In this document: positions 10,327-18,517 of the stretch, piece by piece
How the letters are laid out: every line of letters begins with the position of its first letter
Numbering within the stretch: the stretch's first letter is position 1
Position numbers and translations under genes: made by a program
Notes under the pieces: generated by a model
What the model was told of the DNA's origin: nothing
Database searches by the model: none
The model's input: the letters and a program-made list of their open reading frames with translations, nothing else
Origin: Akkermansia sp.
Lineage (GTDB): Bacteria > Verrucomicrobiota > Verrucomicrobiia > Verrucomicrobiales > Akkermansiaceae
DNA length: 64,000 nt
Assembly (NCBI GenBank): GCA_045124875.1
Contig: JBGVMR010000045.1
Coordinates: 75,136 to 139,135 of the forward strand
Direction of reading: 5' to 3'

Positions 10327-12266
10327 TGAAATCTCTCTACATATTACCCCTTATTCCTTTAATGCTGGGTGTAGCCACCGCGCAAATGCCCACGAATTCA
10401 CCGCAGAGCTTTGATGCATCCGGTAAGTCTGCACAAGCGCAAGCCGGTGTTCACAATGACGACCCCAACCGCTATGGCGAGACCCCTCCGCCTCAGCTCT
10501 TCGGTATGGAGCTCCCCCTCTTGGATCCTTCCACAGATACTGTCTCTTTCAACGGCGGTAAGTTTGATGTGGGCAACAACGCCATGGTTCGTGAGCGCTT
10601 CGAGAAGTACCTCAATCAGACCCCGGATGATACGGAGGCCTCGCGCAAGTACCGCCGTTCCATTGAAAAATTGATTGATTTAACGCAAAAGTATTCCAAA
10701 AACGCCGGCCCCATCGGTAGCAAGGTTTTGGTAAAAATAGGCATGACCCTGTATGATATCTCCGATTATCCCGGCGATGGTCAGCAGGCCGGTGCTCTGG
10801 CCAGTGGTATGGTGAGTGTGCTGGATGCCCAGCGTGCCAACTTGCGCCGCGATAAAGCCAATGCTCAATTGGATGAGGACATTGATAAGCTCGTTAAAAA
10901 GACGAATTCTCTTACCAACCAAAATACCCAAAAGGGGAGTGGCGGTGGCTCTATCGGTAATATTCAGGGTAAATCCGGTGGCTCCGGCAGCGTCAGCCAC
11001 ACGGTGCAAATAGCTGCAAATACACAAAAAATTGCAGAGAATAAAACCAAACAAGGTGCTAATATCGCAACCAATGAAGCTAACTTGTTGCGTGCAAAAA
11101 TTCAGTACCAAGCCCTGTTGCTTTCTTTGTTCCTGCAGCGTCGTTTTGATCACGTTGTAATTGGTGCCCGTGTGTACCGTCACCTCTTCCGTGATGGTGA
11201 TACCACGCTGAACTTGGATAAAGAATCTGATGCTTATCAAATGTTTACCGGTATATCCGGTATGCCTCCTACCGTCAATGCCTTAGATAGTGCTGCCGCT
11301 AACGCACGCCGAGATATTGACCAGAGTATGGATGCTATTGCCAACCTTTTGGCGCAGAATAAACTGGGTGAAGCCACCAATCGTTTGATTACGGCTGTTG
11401 CTATTGGTGAGTTCATGCAGAGCGTGGCTACATTCCCGGTAGAATCTCGCCGCCGTATTGCGGAATACTGGACCCTGCGTAAAAATGCCCTTATCGCACT
11501 CAATGCTCGCGACTACGATGAAGTGGTGCGCATCTCCAACCGCTTGAAGGAGCTCGATGTTGATTATAATGACTCCCAGCTTATGTCCTATGTGGATGCC
11601 AAGAAGACCCAAAGTGACTCTTACTTGCGCCAAGCCAGAAAAGCGCTGCAAGCCGGTAAAGATGATGAGGCTATGGAGGCCTTGGCCAATGCCGCAGTCG
11701 TATGGCCGCGCAATCCCAATATTCAAAAAGCACGAGAGGAAATTGAAAAGCTTGACAACTACGACAAAGAACGTACTGAGTTTGCTGATTTGATTAAGGC
11801 TAAGCGCTTCCGTGATATTTATGCAGATCGCGATCGCCTTGCCGTGGTCGTGATGCTCGACCCCGAGCTGAAAAAGCAATACGAGGCCGTTATTCGTTAC
11901 ATAGAGGTTATAGATAACTCTATCAAACAGTATCGTGAAATCGAAGAACAACAAGGGGCTTTGGGCGCAGGCTTGGCATACGAGAAGCTCTTGGAAATGC
12001 AGAACGAGAACGAGGCCTTAGATGACCCCTTGTTGCGTGGTCAGCTGAAACACGATAAGCCTTTCTCTGATGCGTTGAGAGACATGCGTGACGCTGCCGG
12101 CGACTTTACCGATGCTCTGGATACAGCCAGAAAACATGAGAAAAACGATGAGTATGGCTCGGCCCTGGCTCATTACTATCGCGCTTTAGAGCTTAACCCC
12201 ACCTCCGTTATGGCAAAAGAGGGCATCAAGCGTGTATATGAGGTGCTATACAGCGCCCAGTTCTGA
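10326..12266 (+). CDS. Exported TPR-like helical protein
   Basis: Signal peptide, coiled-coil middle, C-terminal TPR-like ALAHYYRALELNPTSVMAKEGI. Confidence 0.75.
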   Translation: MKSLYILPLIPLMLGVATAQMPTNSPQSFDASGKSAQAQAGVHNDDPNRYGETPPPQLFGMELPLLDPSTDTVSFNGGKFDVGNNAMVRERFEKYLNQTPDDTEASRKYRRSIEKLIDLTQKYSKNAGPIGSKVLVKIGMTLYDISDYPGDGQQAGALASGMVSVLDAQRANLRRDKANAQLDEDIDKLVKKTNSLTNQNTQKGSGGGSIGNIQGKSGGSGSVSHTVQIAANTQKIAENKTKQGANIATNEANLLRAKIQYQALLLSLFLQRRFDHVVIGARVYRHLFRDGDTTLNLDKESDAYQMFTGISGMPPTVNALDSAAANARRDIDQSMDAIANLLAQNKLGEATNRLITAVAIGEFMQSVATFPVESRRRIAEYWTLRKNALIALNARDYDEVVRISNRLKELDVDYNDSQLMSYVDAKKTQSDSYLRQARKALQAGKDDEAMEALANAAVVWPRNPNIQKAREEIEKLDNYDKERTEFADLIKAKRFRDIYADRDRLAVVVMLDPELKKQYEAVIRYIEVIDNSIKQYREIEEQQGALGAGLAYEKLLEMQNENEALDDPLLRGQLKHDKPFSDALRDMRDAAGDFTDALDTARKHEKNDEYGSALAHYYRALELNPTSVMAKEGIKRVYEVLYSAQF

Positions 12267-12337
12267 TAATGTTTTCAACCGTGGTCATGCGCTGCATGGC
12301 CACGGTTTTGTTGAATCATTAACCCGCAATACACAAG

Positions 12338-13225
12338 TTGAGGACCCGTTTTGCGCCTTCACCCAGTGGCCCGCTTCATGTGGGGCATTTGTTAGCTGCC
12401 GTGCAGGCCCGCCGTTTGGCAGATGCCCATGGCGGTGAGTGTTTGTTACGTATAGAAGATATCGACATCACCCGTGCCCATAGCCGCGAGTGGGTAGATT
12501 TAATGTACGAGGATTTTGCGTGGCTGGGCCTGCAATTTGACGGCGCCGTTATGGTGCAGAGCGCGCGGTTTGATGTGTACGCCGCTGCGCTCGACAAACT
12601 CAAAGCCATGGGGCTGCTATACCCCTGTTTCTGCACCCGTGCCGAGATTAAAGCCCAAATTGCTGAAATGGGCAGGGCTCCCCATGCCACTTTGGGGTAT
12701 CAATACCCCGGTACCTGCAAAAAATTGTCACCGGCAGAAGCTGCAGAGCGTATAGCCGCCGGCGCCCCCCATGCCTGGCGGCTTGATATGCAACGCGTGC
12801 AAGACCTTATCGGTACCCCCTTGTGGGCAGATATGCACAAAGGGGTACAACGTTGTGTACCAACTGCTTTTGGCGATGTAGTGTTGGCTCGTAAAGAAAT
12901 GCCCGCCAGCTATCATCTGTCCGTTGTGATAGATGATGCCGCCCAAGGTGTCACCCACGTCACCCGCGGTGCAGACCTCTTTGATGCCACCCACATACAC
13001 CGCGCCCTACAAGCCGTACTCGCCCTGCCGGTACCCACCTATTGCCACCATGGCTTATTGAAAGATGCCACCGGCAAACGCTTGGCCAAGCGAGATGGCG
13101 CGCGCTCCCTCGCCTCCCTCCGCGCCGCCGGCCTCTCCCCGCAAAGTGTCTATCGCTCCCTTCAAGACGCCTTGTCTAATGGCGGCATCTGGTCCTCCCC
13201 CCCCACACACACTCGTGAGCGCTAG
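12338..13225 (+). CDS. gluQ: tRNA glutamyl-Q(34) synthetase GluQRS
   Basis: RFAPSPSGPLHVGH, LRIEDID, YPCFCTR, HVTRGADL and LAKR motifs; no anticodon-binding domain. Confidence 0.9.
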   Translation: MRTRFAPSPSGPLHVGHLLAAVQARRLADAHGGECLLRIEDIDITRAHSREWVDLMYEDFAWLGLQFDGAVMVQSARFDVYAAALDKLKAMGLLYPCFCTRAEIKAQIAEMGRAPHATLGYQYPGTCKKLSPAEAAERIAAGAPHAWRLDMQRVQDLIGTPLWADMHKGVQRCVPTAFGDVVLARKEMPASYHLSVVIDDAAQGVTHVTRGADLFDATHIHRALQAVLALPVPTYCHHGLLKDATGKRLAKRDGARSLASLRAAGLSPQSVYRSLQDALSNGGIWSSPPTHTRER

Positions 13226-13339
13226 CGAACCCTTCGCGTGAGCGCTAGCGAACCCTTCGCGTGAACGCTAGCGAACCCTTCACGTGAACGAAGTGAACCC
13301 TTCACGTGAACGAAGTGAACCCTTCATGTGAACGAAGTG
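13214..13339 (+). repeat. Tandem array of about six 22-23 bp units
   Basis: cgtgagcgctagcgaacccttcg x2 (13214, 13237), cgtgaacgctagcgaacccttca (13260), cgtgaacgaagtgaacccttca x2 (13283, 13305), partial unit at 13327. Confidence 0.95.
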
Positions 13340-13344
13340 CCCCC

Positions 13345-13464
13345 TAATGAAAAAAGCTCGCTCACGCTCACATGAAGGGCTTGCTGCGCAAGCATGAAAG
13401 GCTCGCTCACGCTCACGTGAAGGGGCTTGCTGCGCAAGCATGAAGGGTTCGCTTGCGCTCACGA
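13345..13464 (-). repeat. Inverted companion array of about five related units (45/46-bp dimers)
   Basis: The reverse complement reads tcgtgagcgcaagcgaacccttca, tgcttgcgcagcaagccccttca, cgtgagcgtgagcgagcctttca and so on; 13356-13400 is near-identical to 13401-13446. Confidence 0.9.
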
Positions 13465-13475
13465 TATTAAATTGA

Positions 13476-13820
13476 TTACTGTTTATGTTTTTTTGCCGTA
13501 TTGATGGAATTCACCAACATATACCGAAGTTTCGTACAAAGATTCAGCAAAATTTGAGCTTGTTCCGGGCTGATTGTCTCAGATTCTCGGAGCAATTTTA
13601 ACCAATACAAACTTTCATTGCATTCCTTAAGCGCCAATTGTAATTTATAAACAAAATCATCTTTACTATAACCATATTGTGCTTCATGTATATTAGCGCC
13701 TACGCTGCTACTGGAACGCAGTAATTGATTCTTGATATTCGGTCTATTATGAATAGAATCAAATAAGCGGATAACATCAGCAGCAAATTTAAGAGATAAA
13801 GCCGAGAGAGAGTCATTCAT
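13476..13820 (-). CDS. Four-helix-bundle protein (TIGR02436 / 23S rRNA IVP-like family)
   Basis: QLLRSSSSVGANIHEAQYGYSKDDFVYKLQLALKECNESLYWL family signature; AT-rich. Confidence 0.92.
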   Translation of the reverse strand: MNDSLSALSLKFAADVIRLFDSIHNRPNIKNQLLRSSSSVGANIHEAQYGYSKDDFVYKLQLALKECNESLYWLKLLRESETISPEQAQILLNLCTKLRYMLVNSINTAKKHKQ

Positions 13821-13863
13821 CGTGTGATTTTAACATAGGCTATCAAAAAATCAAGCAACCATT

Positions 13864-13894
13864 TTCATGTGAACGAAGTGAGCTTTTTTCATTA
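13864..13894 (+). repeat. Extra repeat copy upstream of the four-helix gene, inverted relative to 13345-13376
   Basis: ttcatgtgaacgaagtgagcttttttcatta versus the reverse complement of taatgaaaaaagctcgctcacgctcacatgaa. Confidence 0.85.
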
Positions 13895-13920
13895 TAGCCC
13901 GCTTCCGCTCTCGTGCGGTG

Positions 13921-13941
13921 TAGCCGGGAGCAACCCGGCTA
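13921..13941. repeat. Perfect 8-bp hairpin (REP-like or terminator)
   Basis: tagccggg-agcaa-cccggcta. Confidence 0.6.
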
Positions 13942-13973
13942 TTAAAGGGGGCTAGACTTGGCTCGTTATCATT

Positions 13974-14708
13974 CTATTCATCTATCTTATGGCATTCTTT
14001 CGTTATTTTGACAACATCCGGCATTTCTCGAAGCAGAAGTTTGTGCCACAAAGAGCAGGTGAAGTAGCTACCACAATGTTGAATAAACAACATTGGTATT
14101 GTTTTACCATTAATAGTTACGCTAGAACGACGAGGGTACGTCTTATTTACCTTGGGTAGTCCTTCAATATTTCTGTGTTCTATACCCAGAGAATCCATCA
14201 TGCTATTAAAGAAATTCGCTGCCCTGACACCAATGAATATACAGTAGTCCGGCTTCAACGTTTCCACGACCGGTATATAGCTCTTCCAACCCCGGGCAAA
14301 ATCATCGTCTGTAGGCTGCTCTCGATTTGTACCTCCGTAGTTCATGGGACGCTGTACAAAATTGTAATATGAGAGCTGCTCCCAAAGTGCCGTTTTATCC
14401 ACTATCACATTTTCTCCTACCAAAAAATGCATGAGATTACCCCACGTCCTGTTATACCAGCCGAATTCTATGTTTGATTCCCAGACGCAAATTCTTGTAT
14501 ATTGGGAGTCGTTTTCCCATTCTTTGATATTTTCTGATATATTCGGTTTATCTTCTCTGGTGGTAACATAATGAGATTCGCCAATCACCAAGATACGGGC
14601 CGGAGATGATGCATAGTTCTTACCTACCCAAGGATACCACATAAGCTGTGCCGTTTCCTTCAAGGTACAGAAAATTGAATCGTATTGGCTATCACAATGT
14701 TTATCCAT
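13974..14708 (-). CDS. Hypothetical protein, probable uracil-DNA-glycosylase-like fold
   Basis: PWVGKNY...ILVIGESHY (motif-A-like), YNFVQ, LKPDYCIFIG and IQHCGS (motif-B-like); AT-rich. The fold is inferred. Confidence 0.6.
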   Translation of the reverse strand: MDKHCDSQYDSIFCTLKETAQLMWYPWVGKNYASSPARILVIGESHYVTTREDKPNISENIKEWENDSQYTRICVWESNIEFGWYNRTWGNLMHFLVGENVIVDKTALWEQLSYYNFVQRPMNYGGTNREQPTDDDFARGWKSYIPVVETLKPDYCIFIGVRAANFFNSMMDSLGIEHRNIEGLPKVNKTYPRRSSVTINGKTIPMLFIQHCGSYFTCSLWHKLLLREMPDVVKITKECHKIDE

Positions 14709-14936
14709 AGTTTTAATGTATCAGATTTTGAAATTGCTACAATAAAAAATGTATTTGAACTTGCAATTTACTTGCTGATAGAAAGTTAAATCAAGATAGA
14801 GGATAATGCTTAAGCCTTGGTTTCTTGACTCCGGCTGTCACATAATAAGCTCCCAGCGTAATAATTTTCTGAACCTTGCGCAGATATCTTCCGGAATCGC
14901 TTGCGTCACTCATTTGTTTTTGGTAAAATACCGGGC

Positions 14937-17681
14937 ATGGCAATTACTCTCAGTCAGAATGAAATCAGTGTCCGCGCCGCAAAGTTTGCCGGGGTGTGGA
15001 AAGATACGGAGCGCGAGGAGGCGGAAGCGCAGTCATTTTTAATCGACTTTTTTCAGGTGCTGGGGGTAGACCGCAAGAAAGTTGCCATTTTTGAGCATAA
15101 GGTGAAATGCTTGGATGGCGGCAATGGCTATATTGACTTGTTTTGGAAAGGTAAAATCCTTATCGAGATGAAATCTCGCGGTAAAGACCTAGCCGCTGCC
15201 TACGAGCAGGCCAAACGCTATGCAGATACGCTGGCGCACCATGAGATACCCAAAATTATTATGGTGTGTGATTTTGAAAACTGGCATGTATATGATTTGA
15301 GTAAGGATGCTCAGCTTACCACGTTTACCCTCTCTGAGCTGCCGCAGTATATTCACCTTTTCCATTATCTGGCCGGGTATGAGCAGCGCGAGTATCAGGA
15401 GGAAGACCCCGTCAACGTACAGGCTGCCGAGTTGTTGGGGAAACTGCATGATAGATTGAAAGAAATCGGCTATGTGGGGCACCCGTTGGAGGTGTATCTT
15501 GTGCGTCTGCTCTTCTGTCTGTTTGCGGAGGACACCGGCATTTTCTGTAAAGATGCGTTCCGCTCCTACATTTTAAACTGTACAGCAGAGGACGGGCGCG
15601 ACCTTGCCCCGTTGCTGGCGGAGCTCTTCCAAGTGCTCAACACCCCGGAGAAAAATCGCCTCTGCACGCGTCATGATGCCATCAAAGAGTTCCCCTATGT
15701 TAATGGCGGGCTCTTTGCAGAATACCTCCCCATGCCGGCTTTTGATACAGAAATGCGCAAGGCTTTGCTTGATTGTTGCTCTCTGGATTGGAGCCGCATT
15801 TCTCCCGCTATTTTCGGCTCTATGTTCCAAAGTGTGATGGATGCCGCAGCCCGCCGTGCCCTCGGTGCGCACTATACGAGCGAACGTAACATCCTCAAGC
15901 TTATCAACCCGCTGTTTATGGATGCTCTGCGTGAGGAGTTTGAGAGTATACAGTATGATAAATCCAACCGCAAAGAAGGTCGCTTGCAAGCTTTCCACAA
16001 AAAGCTCTCGGAGCTCACCTTCTTAGACCCGGCCTGTGGCTGCGGTAACTTCCTTGTGGTGGCGTATCGTGAGCTGCGCCGCTTGGAGCTTTCTGTGATT
16101 GCTGAGCGTGAAAAACTAGAATCCTCTGGTACAGGGTGGATGCTCTCGGCCAATGACGTATGCCTCGTCAATGTTAATCAATTCTACGGCATTGAGATTG
16201 AGGAGTTCCCCGCCCAGATTGCTCAGGTAGCTATGTGGCTCATGGACCATCAGATGAATATCGAGGCCGGTAATTACTTCGGTGAAGCCTATGCCCGTAT
16301 TCCGCTGACGGCATCCGCTACGATTGTATGCGGCAATGCATTGCAGATTGATTGGGAAAGCGTGGTACCGAAGGAGAAGCTCAGCTACATTATGGGGAAT
16401 CCCCCTTTTGTAGGGAAAAGTTATCAAAGTAAGGAACAAAAGAGCGACATGGCGCTTGTTTTTTCCGAGGTAAAGAATTATGGTAATCTGGATTTCGTCG
16501 CTTCATGGTTTAAGAAGTCGGCTGATTATATACAAGGCACTCAAATAGAATGTTGCTTTGTTGCGACAAACTCTCTTTGCCAAGGAATAGCAGTACCTCC
16601 ATTATGGAACTACCTGTATAAGCAAGGCGTAACTATTAATTTTGCGTATCAAACATTTAAATGGAATAGTGAGGCCCGAGGTAAAGCTGCGGTTCATTGT
16701 GTAATAGTAGGTTTTGGGCTGTTTAAACGAGGTAAAAAATTACTATTCAAAGAAGATGAATGCTCTGTCGTAGAAAACATAAATCCTTATCTTATAGCAT
16801 ATAAAGACATTATCATAGATGCCCGTTCTCAGGCATTGTGCGATGTCCCGCCTATTTCGGTGGGCTCATTTGCAGTGGATGGAGGAAATTTAATAATGAA
16901 CGAAGAAGAATCGCAAAGCTTAATAAAGCAAGATGAGACTTTATCCAATTTTATTCGACGATATTATAGTCCAGAAGATTTCATTCAGGGTAAGCCTCGA
17001 TATTGCTTTTGGTTGAAAGATATACCTCTGTCTATTTTAAGGAGCTCCGCTATCTTGCGAGATAGATTAAAGGCCGTACAGGCATTTCGAAGCGCAAGTA
17101 AGAAAATCCCTACGCAAAAGAAAGCCGCAACACCTTGGATGTTTGGAGAAGAACGCCAGCCTGATAGTGATTATATTTTAATCCCTAGAACTTCTTCTGA
17201 AAGTAGAGCATATATCCCTATGGGATTCATGCCATCCGATGTTATAGCAGGAGATACTATCATTTTACCCAATGCGACATTGTATCACTTTGGCATTTTG
17301 ACCTCATCCATGCACATGGCTTGGATGAAAACAGTATGCGGCAGAATGAAGAGTGATTATAGATACTCAGGGAATATGGCATACAATAATTTCCCTTGGC
17401 CTGACGCCTCCGATGCCCAAATAAATAAAATCATGGAACTTGCTCAGGGAGTACTGGATGCACGCGCCTTGTATCCTAATAGTTCTTTGGCAGATATGTA
17501 TGACCCTTTGACTATGCCTCCTGAACTACAGACGGCTCACAGAAAGCTGGATGCTGCGGTAGAGAAAGCATACGGGCGTAAATTTAGGGATGATGCGGAG
17601 CGTGTGGCGTTCCTCTTTGAGAGATACAGCGAGCTAACGCAGAGAGAGAATATTACGGAAAAATCTGCTCGCCGAGTTTGA
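14937..17681 (+). CDS. Type IIL (MmeI-like) fused restriction endonuclease / N6-adenine methyltransferase
   Basis: YIDLFWKGKILIEMKS (PD-D/ExK), GAHYTSERNI, FLDPACGCGNF (motif I), GNPPF (motif IV), C-terminal YPNSSLADMYDPLTMPPEL. ATG 14937 preferred. Confidence 0.93.
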   Translation: MAITLSQNEISVRAAKFAGVWKDTEREEAEAQSFLIDFFQVLGVDRKKVAIFEHKVKCLDGGNGYIDLFWKGKILIEMKSRGKDLAAAYEQAKRYADTLAHHEIPKIIMVCDFENWHVYDLSKDAQLTTFTLSELPQYIHLFHYLAGYEQREYQEEDPVNVQAAELLGKLHDRLKEIGYVGHPLEVYLVRLLFCLFAEDTGIFCKDAFRSYILNCTAEDGRDLAPLLAELFQVLNTPEKNRLCTRHDAIKEFPYVNGGLFAEYLPMPAFDTEMRKALLDCCSLDWSRISPAIFGSMFQSVMDAAARRALGAHYTSERNILKLINPLFMDALREEFESIQYDKSNRKEGRLQAFHKKLSELTFLDPACGCGNFLVVAYRELRRLELSVIAEREKLESSGTGWMLSANDVCLVNVNQFYGIEIEEFPAQIAQVAMWLMDHQMNIEAGNYFGEAYARIPLTASATIVCGNALQIDWESVVPKEKLSYIMGNPPFVGKSYQSKEQKSDMALVFSEVKNYGNLDFVASWFKKSADYIQGTQIECCFVATNSLCQGIAVPPLWNYLYKQGVTINFAYQTFKWNSEARGKAAVHCVIVGFGLFKRGKKLLFKEDECSVVENINPYLIAYKDIIIDARSQALCDVPPISVGSFAVDGGNLIMNEEESQSLIKQDETLSNFIRRYYSPEDFIQGKPRYCFWLKDIPLSILRSSAILRDRLKAVQAFRSASKKIPTQKKAATPWMFGEERQPDSDYILIPRTSSESRAYIPMGFMPSDVIAGDTIILPNATLYHFGILTSSMHMAWMKTVCGRMKSDYRYSGNMAYNNFPWPDASDAQINKIMELAQGVLDARALYPNSSLADMYDPLTMPPELQTAHRKLDAAVEKAYGRKFRDDAERVAFLFERYSELTQRENITEKSARRV

Positions 17682-17697
17682 GAAGACGAGTGTAGAG

Positions 17698-17733
17698 AAA
17701 AAGCTCCGGGATGAATAATCCTCGGAGCTTTTT
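17698..17733. terminator. Bidirectional intrinsic terminator after the MmeI-like gene
   Basis: aaaaagctccg...cggagcttttt. Confidence 0.8.
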
Positions 17734-17997
17734 CAAAATTGTATGGCGTCGTTTATTTCTTACCGCCATATATACGGCGCCATTTATGCCAGTCCATATT
17801 GGTCACATAAATGGTTTTACCATCTCTATCGCGGGCAGCACGTTTGCAGCCTTGTAAATCCTCAAAATGGAGTGCGGCACTGCGGCTACAAAAATCCCCC
17901 GCAGACTACAACTGCGGGGGTGTAAAAAAGCGTAAGCATCTGCGGAGTTTTTACCCCATTCCGCGAGCCGATGTTTTCAATACTTTAAACATCAAAA

Positions 17998-18156
17998 ATT
18001 CAACATTAAACATCATTTTCTCGCCATCATTATTCGCTTTGTTGACTCAATCCCCCGCAACCACCGCCCCACCGCCATCATCCACGCACCTATTCCCCTT
18101 ACTGCTACAGGTAAGCCTGATAGACCGGCAGCAAGAAAGATGTTTAAATGTTGAAT
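17998..18156. repeat. 17/18-bp inverted repeat with heptamer periodicity enclosing about 125 bp
   Basis: attcaacattaaacatc (17998-18014) and gatgtttaaatgttgaat (18139-18156). Confidence 0.7.
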
Positions 18157-18260
18157 GTGAATTGTGGCGTCTTATCCACTTGGTAGCAGAATAGAATCAT
18201 CTACTAATTTGATACGCTGCTACCTATTTAACCTGCTCTTACCATATCCTACTGAGAACA

Positions 18261-18281
18261 CATCTCATTTCAAATGAGATG
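18261..18281. promoter_or_regulatory. Perfect 10-1-10 palindrome, operator-like
   Basis: catctcattt-c-aaatgagatg; a degenerate second copy lies at 18408-18428. Confidence 0.6.
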
Positions 18282-18403
18282 CGCGCATTTACATTCATTT
18301 ATCAATATGTTACATGATTAATTCTGCTCTGTTTTGCAAATTGTCCTACATGCTTAATATGATATAACATATTAAATATCAAATGCTTTTTTGTTGTTTT
18401 TAC

Positions 18404-18432
18404 TGGACATCTCATTTGAAAAGAGTTATTAT
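18404..18432 (+). promoter_or_regulatory. Sigma70-type promoter for the PEP-CTERM gene
   Basis: TGGACA-17 bp-TATTAT. Confidence 0.55.
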
Positions 18433-18517
18433 TCCCGCGTTCGCTCCAATAGCAAGACTCTCATTCGTTTGCTAACAGGGGGAAGGACGCAGAACAAACA
18501 ATAAACAACTAATATCA

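Noticed and set aside
13214-13464. CRISPR array
   Set aside because: The units are contiguous with no unique spacers, and there are no cas genes in the window.
13476-17681. Diversity-generating retroelement (Avd-like gene present)
   Set aside because: No reverse transcriptase and no template/variable repeat pair differing at adenines was seen.
17811-18194. 127-aa plus-strand ORF in the long intergenic region
   Set aside because: It runs through hairpins and heptamer repeats and has no protein-like features.
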